Assembly (NCBI GenBank): GCA_018985225.1 | Contig: JADGIF010000138.1 | Span: 1 to 17,926, forward strand | Source of the DNA: Amoeboradix gromovi X-113 | Lineage: Eukaryota; Fungi; Sanchytriomycota | Direction: 5' to 3' | Length of the DNA stretch: 17,926 nucleotides | In this document: positions 1 through 8,559 of the stretch, piece after piece | Layout of the letters: each line of letters opens with the position of its first letter | Numbering within the stretch: position 1 is the first letter of the stretch | Notes under the pieces: generated by a model | The model's input: only the letters and a program-made list of their open reading frames with translations | Databases searched by the model: none | What the model was told of the DNA's origin: nothing | Translations under genes and position numbers: made by a program

Positions 1-1
1 T

Positions 2-1441
2 TCTCAATATGGTGGGTTTTCCATTGAGCCTAAATTTCCTACTGCTCCTGAACTGAGCACCTTGTTTAGAATTGCTATCAATGCTATCCCAGGTTTAACA
101 AATGATAAGCACACCGCTGCTTGGGCCATGTTTACCAAGACCTTACAACACATTAACATGGGTGGCATTCATGATCACGTTGAGGGCGGATTCCACAGAT
201 ACGCAGTTGATAGGTCTTGGATGGTTCCTCACTTTGAAAAAATGCTCTCTACTCAAGCACAACTGTTGGAATTATACTCTTCAGCTTTTTCTCTTGGTTT
301 GTCCAAGAACAAGGAAAATGCAAGTATTTTCCTCGATACAGCACTGGACATATACCAGTACACTAGCACGTACCTCAAATCACCATTGGGTGGTTATTTT
401 ACTGCTGAAGATGCAGATAGCGAGGTGCAGCTGGGTGGTACTAAAGCTGAAGGTGCCTTTGCTGTCTGGACAAATGACGAATTAAAAGAGCTGCTTGGTA
501 GCAATTACGACATATTCAAGTACATGTACGGAGTAGAACCAAATGGAAATGTAGATGTGCAGTATGACCATCAGGGAGAATTAAGAAATAAAAACATTTT
601 GATTCAGAGGCACAGTGTAAATGAACTGGCATCCAAGTTTAATAAGTCCAAACAAGATATCAAGGCCGTTTTAGAGGACTGCAAGCTAGTTTTAAGAAAC
701 AAAAGAAGTCAACGGCCCCGACCATTTAGAGATGATAAAATTGTATCCAACTGGAACGGAATGATGGTCAGTGGATTGATAGCTCTGTTTAAAGCTACTA
801 GGGACAATGTTTATCTTCAAGAGTCTATAAAATTGCTGGAGTTCATATTTGACAAACTAACTGTGAATAACGAGCTATGGAGAGATTTTAAACACGAGCA
901 ACAACCGACCACAAAAGGGTTTTCTGATGACTATGCATCAGTTGTTAAAGCATGTATAGATGTATATACAGTGACTGTTGATGATATATATCTAGAAAAG
1001 GCAATTATGTACCAGAAATCTATGGATGATCTATACTGGGATGCCAAGAATGGAGGGTATTATACAGCCACAAAGAACGAGTATATTATCCAAACAAAGG
1101 ACATTCAGGATGGTGCAGATCCATCAGCACAAACTATGGGATTGGAGAATTTGATTAAATTAGGATTAATAACGGGGGATATGAAATACATTGATAAATC
1201 AGAAAAATTGAAGGAAATATACAGTGGATTAGTGCTAAAGATGCCGCAAGCGCTAATAGGGTTTAGCGGGGTTTATGCTACCAATTACAAGAAGATATCA
1301 ATTAACATCAAAGACTTGAAAAACTGGGACAAATTAACTGTTTACCCCACAGTATTTCGTGTGGATAATACATTGGATGGGAATTATATCGAATGTATCG
1401 GTGATACATGCAAAACTGAGAATATAGAGGAAAATAAATAA
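2..1441 (+). CDS. SPATA20/YyaL-family protein ((alpha/alpha)6 six-hairpin glycosidase-like), 5'-truncated by the window
   Basis: Frame is open from position 2 (SQYGGFSIEPKFP, the family YGGF..PKFP motif), so the TTG start at 62 is not the start. Further motifs: GGIHDHVEGGFHRYAVD..W.VPHFEKML, SPLGGYFTAEDADS, EGAF..W, RPRPFRDDKI...WNGMM, DDYA, DGADPS. Confidence 0.93.
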   Translation, partial: SQYGGFSIEPKFPTAPELSTLFRIAINAIPGLTNDKHTAAWAMFTKTLQHINMGGIHDHVEGGFHRYAVDRSWMVPHFEKMLSTQAQLLELYSSAFSLGLSKNKENASIFLDTALDIYQYTSTYLKSPLGGYFTAEDADSEVQLGGTKAEGAFAVWTNDELKELLGSNYDIFKYMYGVEPNGNVDVQYDHQGELRNKNILIQRHSVNELASKFNKSKQDIKAVLEDCKLVLRNKRSQRPRPFRDDKIVSNWNGMMVSGLIALFKATRDNVYLQESIKLLEFIFDKLTVNNELWRDFKHEQQPTTKGFSDDYASVVKACIDVYTVTVDDIYLEKAIMYQKSMDDLYWDAKNGGYYTATKNEYIIQTKDIQDGADPSAQTMGLENLIKLGLITGDMKYIDKSEKLKEIYSGLVLKMPQALIGFSGVYATNYKKISINIKDLKNWDKLTVYPTVFRVDNTLDGNYIECIGDTCKTENIEENK

Positions 1442-1727
1442 TTTACTTTTTATACTCGATATTTATACAGCGCAAGTAACTGAGATGGGATCCTAGAGAG
1501 AGGGTGTTACTCTGGGAAATTGCAGTATTTATTTGCTTAGACTTGCAGTAGAATCAGAGTCGGTTGCGAAGATTGCAAAACACATTTAATTTGTCTTTAG
1601 TAAATCGATTTGTTTGAAACCGGTGCTTCAATCGCTGAGAGTGATAATGGCTTCCTGAAGAACCGAACAATTCAAAAACTGGAAAAACAAACTTATTTTA
1701 GATATAATTTTGAGGCTGGTGCTCACT

Positions 1728-2093
1728 ATGGCTTCTGAATCTGCAACAGACTTTTATTTAGATCCCAGAAAGAAGAATGCTAGTGCTGGACGAAGTAGAA
1801 ATACGATGCCCCAAATAGTAGAACCAGTTAAAAAAAGGAAAAACTCGATTTTTGGAATAATTAACAGGATTAGGACCGGAAGCGAGACTACTAGTATTGG
1901 TAGCAATAACAACTTAAAAAATAGAAAATCATCAATAATAGCCTCCAAAGATTCTGGTTTGTATGATGAAGCCATGACTTGTTTGTGTTTTAGATGCGAC
2001 AAATGCTTACGCGCACTAGAGAACACAAAGAAAATAAATGAAAGCATCACAGGCGAAGAGAACACTGTAGAATTTGTAACAGAGTACTGGTAA
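1728..2093 (+). CDS. Hypothetical protein (121 aa; basic/Ser-rich, CLCFRCDKC Cys cluster)
   Basis: First ATG is at 1728 (the track start at 1710 is TTG). Stop TAA overlaps AATAAA (2092-2097) as in the recognisable genes. No family recognised. Confidence 0.6.
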   Translation: MASESATDFYLDPRKKNASAGRSRNTMPQIVEPVKKRKNSIFGIINRIRTGSETTSIGSNNNLKNRKSSIIASKDSGLYDEAMTCLCFRCDKCLRALENTKKINESITGEENTVEFVTEYW

Positions 2094-2476
2094 TAAATTA
2101 TTTTATGAAAAGAGATGGATTTTTACTAATTAACCATATATTGCGATGACATGAACTTCATCCCTCGTGTACTATTTTTTTAGACTTGCCTAATTTTATA
2201 AAACTCGATATACTTTCTTTTCATGCATCGCAAATATCTTCACAGCTTTGCCCAAAAACCAAGATATCAACAGTAGATACAGAATATACACTTCTAAATT
2301 CAGAAACTTATCTGAAAATGAAATTATGGTCAAAACTCGTACCAAGTTGGTACCCTAAAGAAAAGCAATTTGGAGACGTGTGAATATATTGACAGTCATT
2401 TGGAACTAGGTAGAGACCGTGTGGCAGCAAGAAACACGTATTTCAAATGTACATTTTCAGTTTTTTAGAAACATCA

Positions 2477-3526
2477 ATGAAAGTTTTAGTGATAAAAGTG
2501 GGAACTGCAAGCGTAATCCCCGAGATATTGGAAAACCTAGCTTCTATATGTAAGAATCTACATAACAATAGTATCATGCCAGTTATTGTAAGTTCCGGAG
2601 CTGTTGGATTTGGCAAGAAAATCTTAAAATTTGATCAACTGACACTGGCTAGAAAACAGGCATTGGCATCTGTTGGTCAACCACTTGTGATGCAGCTGTA
2701 CTCCAAAACTTTCGAAAAAGAAGGTTTAGTGGTTGCACAACTCTTGCTGGGTAGGAATATCATAAATGATCGACAGCAGTATCTGAATGCAAAAAACACA
2801 ATTTTAGAGTTGCTGAAAAACAGAGTGGTCCCTATTATAAACGAGAATGATTCTGTTGTTGTACAAGAATTGAAGTTTGGCGATAATGACAGATTGTCTG
2901 CTTTTGTGGCGGAAATGGTAGAAGCGCAGTCCCTAGTTATATTAACAGATGTTGACGGATTGTATTCTCAACATCCCTCAAAGCCAACTGCCTTTTTAAT
3001 CCCAAAAGTTTACTCTTTTTCGTCGCTCCAAATCGAGGACTTGGAATCAACAGGTACTTCCAGTTCCACAGGTGGTATGTTAACCAAAATAATTGCTGCA
3101 GAATATGCTACTGCTGCGAACATTGATACCTGGATCGTGCACGCTTTTCATACTAGCAGAATTTTAGAAATTGTGAATGGTAATAAAGACATTATAGCTA
3201 CTAATTTCGCAGCCCAAGTAAAGCAGCCTTCAAGGTCTTGGTGGATAAAAAATGGTTTGATATCAAAGGGCAAAATATATTTGGACGACGGGGCCGTAAT
3301 TGCAATGAAATCGAAGGCAAATCTGTTTATATTTGGAATATTTAAATTACAAGGCTCGTTCTACGCCGATCAGGCGGTTGAACTATGTAATAAGAATGGG
3401 GATGTCTTTGGGAAAGGAATAGTCAACTACAGCGCTACAGAACTCGATCTGCTAATGAAAGCAAAAGAGCTGCTAGAAGAAGCAGACATAGTAATATTCC
3501 GCGAAAATGTATATTTAGTTCAGTAA
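2477..3526 (+). CDS. PRO1: Glutamate 5-kinase with C-terminal PUA domain
   Basis: VIKVGT, VSSGAV, KQALASVGQ, VPIINENDSV...KFGDNDRLSA, LTDVDGLY, TGGMLTKIIAA; PUA-like GKIYLDDGA...GKGIVNYS. ATG 2477 (MKVLVIKVG) is preferred; ATG 2447 is an in-frame alternative. Confidence 0.95.
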   Translation: MKVLVIKVGTASVIPEILENLASICKNLHNNSIMPVIVSSGAVGFGKKILKFDQLTLARKQALASVGQPLVMQLYSKTFEKEGLVVAQLLLGRNIINDRQQYLNAKNTILELLKNRVVPIINENDSVVVQELKFGDNDRLSAFVAEMVEAQSLVILTDVDGLYSQHPSKPTAFLIPKVYSFSSLQIEDLESTGTSSSTGGMLTKIIAAEYATAANIDTWIVHAFHTSRILEIVNGNKDIIATNFAAQVKQPSRSWWIKNGLISKGKIYLDDGAVIAMKSKANLFIFGIFKLQGSFYADQAVELCNKNGDVFGKGIVNYSATELDLLMKAKELLEEADIVIFRENVYLVQ

Positions 3527-3528
3527 AT

Positions 3529-3735
3529 GTAACGCCATTAAACTTATTGCACAAGATGGCCTCTGCCAGATATGTCAACTATGACTTAGAGGCACTCGCT
3601 GTGGTGTTCTACAGGCTTCGCTGATACCATTTATTAGGTTTTAAAACAGTTATAAATGATTGAAAGAGCTTGAATTGGAGCAATATAGCTCATGGAATCG
3701 CAACAGATAGTTTATTAGTCAAATTTGATATCTGT
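3529..3735 (+). pseudogene. Degenerate Ty3/Gypsy-type reverse-transcriptase RNase H fragment
   Basis: One frame reads ARYVNYDLEALAVVFYRLR*YHLLGFKTVIND*KSLNW...LLVKFDI. This resembles the Ty3/Gypsy RNase H consensus Y...(D/E)LE.LAVV.....R.YL.G....V.TDHKSL.(W/Y)...L..FD. Two in-frame TGA stops. Confidence 0.6.
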
Positions 3736-4022
3736 TAGTGGGACACCAAATATAAAAACTAGACTAACTCGTTTTTAAAGTAGGTGCTCCATAAGGAGGA
3801 AATGCTATTATTAATAAAAGTCCTTCTTTCATTAATCTCATTTCCCTCTTTAAAATAAACAAGATGACCCACTATCTCTTTCAAATAGTGAAGGTCTTTG
3901 AGAGTCTAAGTAAAAGGTGCAATCCGATTAATTTGATTTACTACTGGTTAATACACACTTGATATAATGATTCAAACTATTTCAGAAAGTTAGTCTAGTT
4001 TTTATATTTGATGTCCCAATTG
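3735..4022. mobile_element. Non-autonomous TIR element (MITE), copy 1, about 288 bp
   Basis: 3739-3769 TGGGACACCAAATATAAAAACTAGACTAACT is the reverse complement of 3988-4018 at 30/31 nt. Right end CCCAATTG is followed by TA (4023-4024). Internal 3857-3884 is identical (28 nt) to 14051-14078. Confidence 0.9.
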
Positions 4023-4472
4023 TATTGCCACAGTTCTTATTCTATTTTCGCTTCTTATATCCTTGAACGCCACAAAGACTGACATGATCATTATGGATGA
4101 ACTACAGACAATTAAAGAAAATTGTTCATATTTGAGCCTTAGTATTGAGAAGAAAAATAAGAGGCAAAATCATTTACTCGGAAGATGACTCAAAGAGCCA
4201 TATCAGCAAACTTCGAGCAGTAATTAACGAAAAGGTGAGCAACCTTTCAAATATGTTGCTTTTAAACAACAATTTTTTAAGAGTTGATGCATCACCTAAG
4301 CCCATAATAGTAAGAAAACATTAAAACAACGATTCATTAGGCTCTCTTTTATAAGCTTTAGCTGAAACTACTGTCAAGTGTAATCACGTGCATCTCTTTA
4401 ATATCTTGTCTCAGCAAGGGGCTTCACTTTCAAGATGTCATTTACATACACGTACCCCCTTTTACAAGTATT

Positions 4473-5054
4473 ATGAAAACTAAAATTTTGTTTATTTTAG
4501 GAGGCCCAGGTAGTGGTAAAGGAACTCAAAGCGATATGCTGAAAAAACACTTTAATGCCCAGCATCTAAGCGCTGGTGATTTGTTACGCAGTTCCACAAA
4601 ACACCGTCAACTAATTGATGACTACATTAAAGAAGGTCAAATAGTTCCTTCTCACATTACGATTGAATTATTGTTAGATCACATGAACTCTCCATTGGTG
4701 TTTGTTGATGGGTTCCCTCGTCAGGTTGAACAAGCTCAGTCCTTTGAAGAACAGGTGAAGAAAATAAACGAATCCGCGGATAAAAATTTCCAAATTCTTG
4801 GTGTGTTATTTCTAGATATCAAGGATGAAGCCGTTCTTGTTGACAGAATCATTAAAAGATCATTGAATAGTGGCCGTCTTGATGATAACCCTGAAGCAAT
4901 TAAAAAGAGGCTCGTAGTTTACAAGAACCAAACTGTGCCCGTAATTGAATACTATAAGGGGATGGTATTTACTGTAAACGGTGATCTGGCTGTTGAACCA
5001 GTGTTTGATGAATGTAAGCGAACTATTGAGCAGCTTTTGAATAAATCTTTGTGA
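4473..5054 (+). CDS. URA6: UMP-CMP kinase (adenylate kinase family)
   Basis: P-loop FILGGPGSGKGTQ, HLSAGDLLR, GQIVPS, DGFPR, short LID SGRLDDN. Confidence 0.93.
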   Translation: MKTKILFILGGPGSGKGTQSDMLKKHFNAQHLSAGDLLRSSTKHRQLIDDYIKEGQIVPSHITIELLLDHMNSPLVFVDGFPRQVEQAQSFEEQVKKINESADKNFQILGVLFLDIKDEAVLVDRIIKRSLNSGRLDDNPEAIKKRLVVYKNQTVPVIEYYKGMVFTVNGDLAVEPVFDECKRTIEQLLNKSL

Positions 5055-5133
5055 TACGACTTGCTTTTTCTTGTTTATTTGATGAAATAACTAGGCAGCA
5101 ATAAAGGAAATGATAAAACACAAATTCTATTTA

Positions 5134-6080
5134 TTAAAGCATAAATACAATCAGTAACAAAGATGAAAACGCATATGTCATCTTTTCAAAAGTGGCTGAA
5201 GAAAACTTGCTGGAACCCGACCCATCTGGTAAGGTGTTGTCTACATTAATATGAAAATACCAGTTCTATAAACATCCCCAGCCTTCTTTAAACAATCCGG
5301 AATACTTATAACAGTCTTCTGATTAGGAATGATGGTAGTGTTGATTAAATCTGCTATGTTGTTGTAATTCAATGCAGCCTCTACATTTCCTGGGTGCAAT
5401 GCAATAGCAAATGTACCCAATGTACCCTGATCTTGTTGAAATTTCTTGACGTAGTTGGCCTTAACCGCAGCATAGTTTTCATTGTTAGATTCCGGTAGAA
5501 AATCAGAAAACACAGTGTAAATACCTAGTTCAGCAGCATAAGCAGCGTAGGTAGCTCTAAGAACAGTCTTTGATGAATCAGCGTAATCAAAAGCAATGTA
5601 TTTAGGGTAGTACTTGCCTACTTTACTTGGTGAAATGTACTGATTAATTTGATTATTAATTCGAGCACCAGCATCAATGATGGCCTGTTGAAAGGCAACC
5701 TTTGATAACTTGGAAGTCTCAGCCCAACTCTGATGCCATCTTAATCCGACGATATGGCCATTCTCTACTAACTGTGCAGAGTACCCAGTATCAGTTTGAT
5801 AGTAAAAGTCCTTGTCGAGATAAAAGAAAATAGCTGTTGGACTTCCCTTGATACCCTTTAAAGTCTGAGCCATTTTGGCACCATCCGCAGTGACACCTTC
5901 TGTGAACCCAAAAGCAACCACATTTGGACTGGCACGATCACATAAACTAAGCAAATTTTGAGGCGTAGCAATTGGTGTTGGAGTTCTTTTTGCCTTCTCA
6001 GAATTACCATTACTGAATCCGTAAAAATACAGCGCTCCTAGTAATGCTAAAGTTAGCAGTCGAAAGTAATTGAATGCCAT
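5134..6080 (-). CDS. NodB/polysaccharide (chitin) deacetylase-like protein, catalytically degenerate, with signal peptide and GPI-type tail; join(6080..5261,5240..5134), 308 aa
   Basis: N-terminal hydrophobic leader; NodB-like spacing C...PNVVAFGFTEG / AIFFY / ENGHIVG / AIALH / VISIPDCL. Removing the 20-nt intron 5241-5260 adds DNTLPDGSGSSKFSSATFEKMTYAFSSLLLIVFML*, a Ser/Gly spacer plus hydrophobic tail, and ends at TAATAAAT. Confidence 0.8.
5241..5260 (-). other. Spliceosomal micro-intron, 20 nt, phase 1
   Basis: Minus-strand GTATTTTCATATTAATGTAG: GT-AG, ends TAATGTAG like the ferrochelatase intron. Splicing restores a GPI-like C-terminus. Confidence 0.8.
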
Positions 6081-6102
6081 TTGGTAGCACGGAGGACGAT
6101 GC

Positions 6103-6145
6103 TTTTTTTATAGCCGTCGATTTGACCGTCGTTGAAGATGATTGG
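6103..6145 (-). promoter_or_regulatory. Putative CCAAT box and TATA box for the deacetylase-like gene
   Basis: Minus strand CCAAT at 6145-6141 and TATAAAAAAA at 6112-6103, 22 nt upstream of ATG 6080. Short motifs that could be chance. Confidence 0.35.
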
Positions 6146-6186
6146 TTTGATATACACGAAGTTAGAATGCTAAAAATAAGCAAATT

Positions 6187-7002
6187 TTATTTACTAAATG
6201 ATTTGGTAGGTGTGGTATCCACAAAAGAATCCTCTTCCGAATAGCTGGTGCTCTTTACAGGTGTTTGTAAAGGTGTTATTTTAATTATCATAGAGTCTTT
6301 TTTATTTGCAATTAATCTATTTCTGATCTTGTCTCTGCTATTTATGAGTTCACTAATAGGCTGGGCTTCCATCTCAATTCCTATCTCTAGGACCTCAATG
6401 GCTTCATCAAAGCGCATATATGATAACTCGATATTTGCCCATTGCCTAAAGAATCTCGCGGTGGTATTTTGCTTCTGCGTAAAGTAAGGAGTTATGTTAG
6501 AGTTGCCAATTATGATTAATAATAAATAAGCTGATTCAAAATAACCAAATTCATACAAAGGTTCTACGTCTTGAATTCTAAGCAATACAACAGGGGGATT
6601 CCAGTTGATTTTAGTTTTATTAATATACACATTGTAATTGGTTGGGTATGTAATACTCCAAAGCACGGGAAGAGGATATGCCTTATTATTGTCCATTTTA
6701 GATGTTTTTCCGAAATTAGAATCTTTTAATTCCTCCATCGAAGCACATACAGACTTGATGCGTTCACCTAAATGACAGAGTTCCTCAACCTCCAGGTCGC
6801 TGTTTTTGTGGCTTTGCTTCTGTCTTAAGTTTGAGTTCTTTTCGGACCTTAATTTTATCAAGCTGTCTTTTAGATTATCCCATTTGTGTTTAGACACCTC
6901 ATAGTTGTCAGGATATCTTTGCTTTCTAGGAGTCATATGAGAATCGTTTCTTTTCCTTAGCTTGTCAATTTTATATTCTAAACTCTTGAACGACTCTTCC
7001 AT
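6187..7002 (-). CDS. Protein with a Mad3/BUB1-TPR-like (or CKAP2-C-like) C-terminal helical motif
   Basis: ARFFRQWANIELSYMRFDEAIEVLEIGIEMEAQPISEL resembles the A.F...WA..E......A..I...GI...AQP...L TPR end of Mad3/BUB1 homology region 1. N-terminal half is coiled-coil-like. First ATG is 7002 (track start 7035 is TTG). Confidence 0.6.
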   Translation of the reverse strand: MEESFKSLEYKIDKLRKRNDSHMTPRKQRYPDNYEVSKHKWDNLKDSLIKLRSEKNSNLRQKQSHKNSDLEVEELCHLGERIKSVCASMEELKDSNFGKTSKMDNNKAYPLPVLWSITYPTNYNVYINKTKINWNPPVVLLRIQDVEPLYEFGYFESAYLLLIIIGNSNITPYFTQKQNTTARFFRQWANIELSYMRFDEAIEVLEIGIEMEAQPISELINSRDKIRNRLIANKKDSMIIKITPLQTPVKSTSYSEEDSFVDTTPTKSFSK

Positions 7003-7025
7003 TACAAGGAGTACATTTCTGAAAT

Positions 7026-8186
7026 ATGGAATCAACCATTCTTCATCATTTGTTTTTATTCCAAGGATTTGGGATGTTGTTGCCGTGGAATACCATCATT
7101 ACTGCCCATGATTTCTTTCGTTTAATGTTTGACCATCCTACATTTCAATCGTATTTTGCATTTTATTTCAATACTTCCTTGGTTGCAATTACTTTATTTT
7201 GGCTCAAAAGACCTGTATTATATGGCAGCATCTCATACTTACTGATAAGCGTTTCTTTTCTGATATTTCTGTTAATGCGGGTTATTAATCAGTCCCATAA
7301 TTTTTATTTTTACATCTGCTGTTTGTTAATTGCGATTGATGGTGCTGCTACTGCTACTATACAGTCCCGAATAATGGCCTTGGCCACTTTAAGAGGTGAC
7401 AAAGCAATCCAGTCTGTGTTAATTGGTCAGGCACTAGCTGGGTTGACCATTAGTGCATCAGATTTCTTATTCAAGGTTGTTAGTTTAGCCGGCAACAAAT
7501 TCATCGATCCTTTTATTGTCTATTTTTCTTTTGCGTTCATAATGAGTATTTTATGTTTATTAACATTTAATCGCCTTAGCAATACTACAATGCTCAGCAT
7601 ATATCAACATATTGATGATAATCAACCAGAACCTGAAATAGATTATCCTGATGGATCTATAGAAGACGAAATAGCTGACGAAATCGAAACGCAGCCTGAG
7701 TATGAATTATCTCTGGCTAAATACCATATCTTAACTTGCTTTTTTACTCTCTTCATAACATTGTTTCTATTTCCTGCTGTAACAAGTCTAATAGAACCAG
7801 TTGAAGATGTCGATAACCAGTATTACATCGCATTATTTGTTCCTCTTGGATTCTTTTTGTATAATCTTGGTGATACTTTGGGAAGGTTTGTTAGCATTCT
7901 TCCTAATATACATGTCTTACTTGCGTTTTCGATTAGTAGACTCTCATTTGTATATATATTTCCATATTTGTATTTGAACAGTCCAAATTATCGTGATTTG
8001 TATTTTTTTGCTAGTTTGTTTGTATTTGGCATTACCAATGGATATATCACCAATGGTGCCATGATGCTCGCTAGTCGAAAATTTAGAAATGAGCATGTCG
8101 GCAAGGTCATGAACTTCTCAATGTTGTGCGGATGTGTGGTAGGAAGTTGCGGGTCTGTAGTGCTTGCAAATTGGTTAGTGACTTGA
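7026..8186 (+). CDS. Equilibrative nucleoside transporter (ENT/SLC29, FUN26-like)
   Basis: TM1 GFGMLLPWNTIITA.DFF, GQALAG, acidic central loop, TLFLFPAV, FLYNLGDTLGR, FGITNGY; many hydrophobic segments. Confidence 0.92.
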   Translation: MESTILHHLFLFQGFGMLLPWNTIITAHDFFRLMFDHPTFQSYFAFYFNTSLVAITLFWLKRPVLYGSISYLLISVSFLIFLLMRVINQSHNFYFYICCLLIAIDGAATATIQSRIMALATLRGDKAIQSVLIGQALAGLTISASDFLFKVVSLAGNKFIDPFIVYFSFAFIMSILCLLTFNRLSNTTMLSIYQHIDDNQPEPEIDYPDGSIEDEIADEIETQPEYELSLAKYHILTCFFTLFITLFLFPAVTSLIEPVEDVDNQYYIALFVPLGFFLYNLGDTLGRFVSILPNIHVLLAFSISRLSFVYIFPYLYLNSPNYRDLYFFASLFVFGITNGYITNGAMMLASRKFRNEHVGKVMNFSMLCGCVVGSCGSVVLANWLVT

Positions 8187-8559
8187 AAATAAATTTATTT
8201 ATTCGTACTAGACTTAGCACCTATTTCTTGGAGTATATCTTGCGTCGCAGAAATTCAAAATTCATCAAAATTCAACTGTTTTAACTAGGACCAGTTTGAA
8301 CGCATCCCACATTTATTAGTACGACAAAGTTTAAAAGCATCACACTCTATCTGTTATTTTAAATCTTGTGAGATCTGTGGTAGCAAACTCTTGGCCTAAA
8401 TTAATGTAATATCTTTTGAGTATCTAATAGAATTTTAAAGCATCTAAAAGACTTGAAGAACTTCAACAGAATTTCCGCAAATCCCAGGCTTAAAGAAGCC
8501 AAAGACTATGAGGCTACCGCCCAAATCGATTTGGTAATTTGCTGGAATCAATATCAAAG

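Noticed and set aside
2151-2383. 65-aa ORF 2186-2383, which could gain ATG 2151 through a 17-nt GT-AG segment (2167-2183)
   Set aside because: No branch motif, no ARTAAA at the stop and no homology; an in-frame join has a one-in-three chance.
2449-2468. 20-nt GTACATTTTCAGTTTTTTAG upstream of PRO1
   Set aside because: Right size but no TAAT branch motif, and splicing creates an in-frame TAA. At most a 5' UTR intron, which cannot be tested here.
7026-7035. Apparent head-to-head CDS overlap in the ORF track
   Set aside because: Artifact of a TTG start; ATG starts do not overlap.
8187-8260. Palindromic AAATAAATTTATTT suggesting a convergent minus-strand gene ending at ...NK*
   Set aside because: The frame is open for only about 19 codons, with no ATG or credible intron. 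It may just be a bidirectional poly(A) signal.
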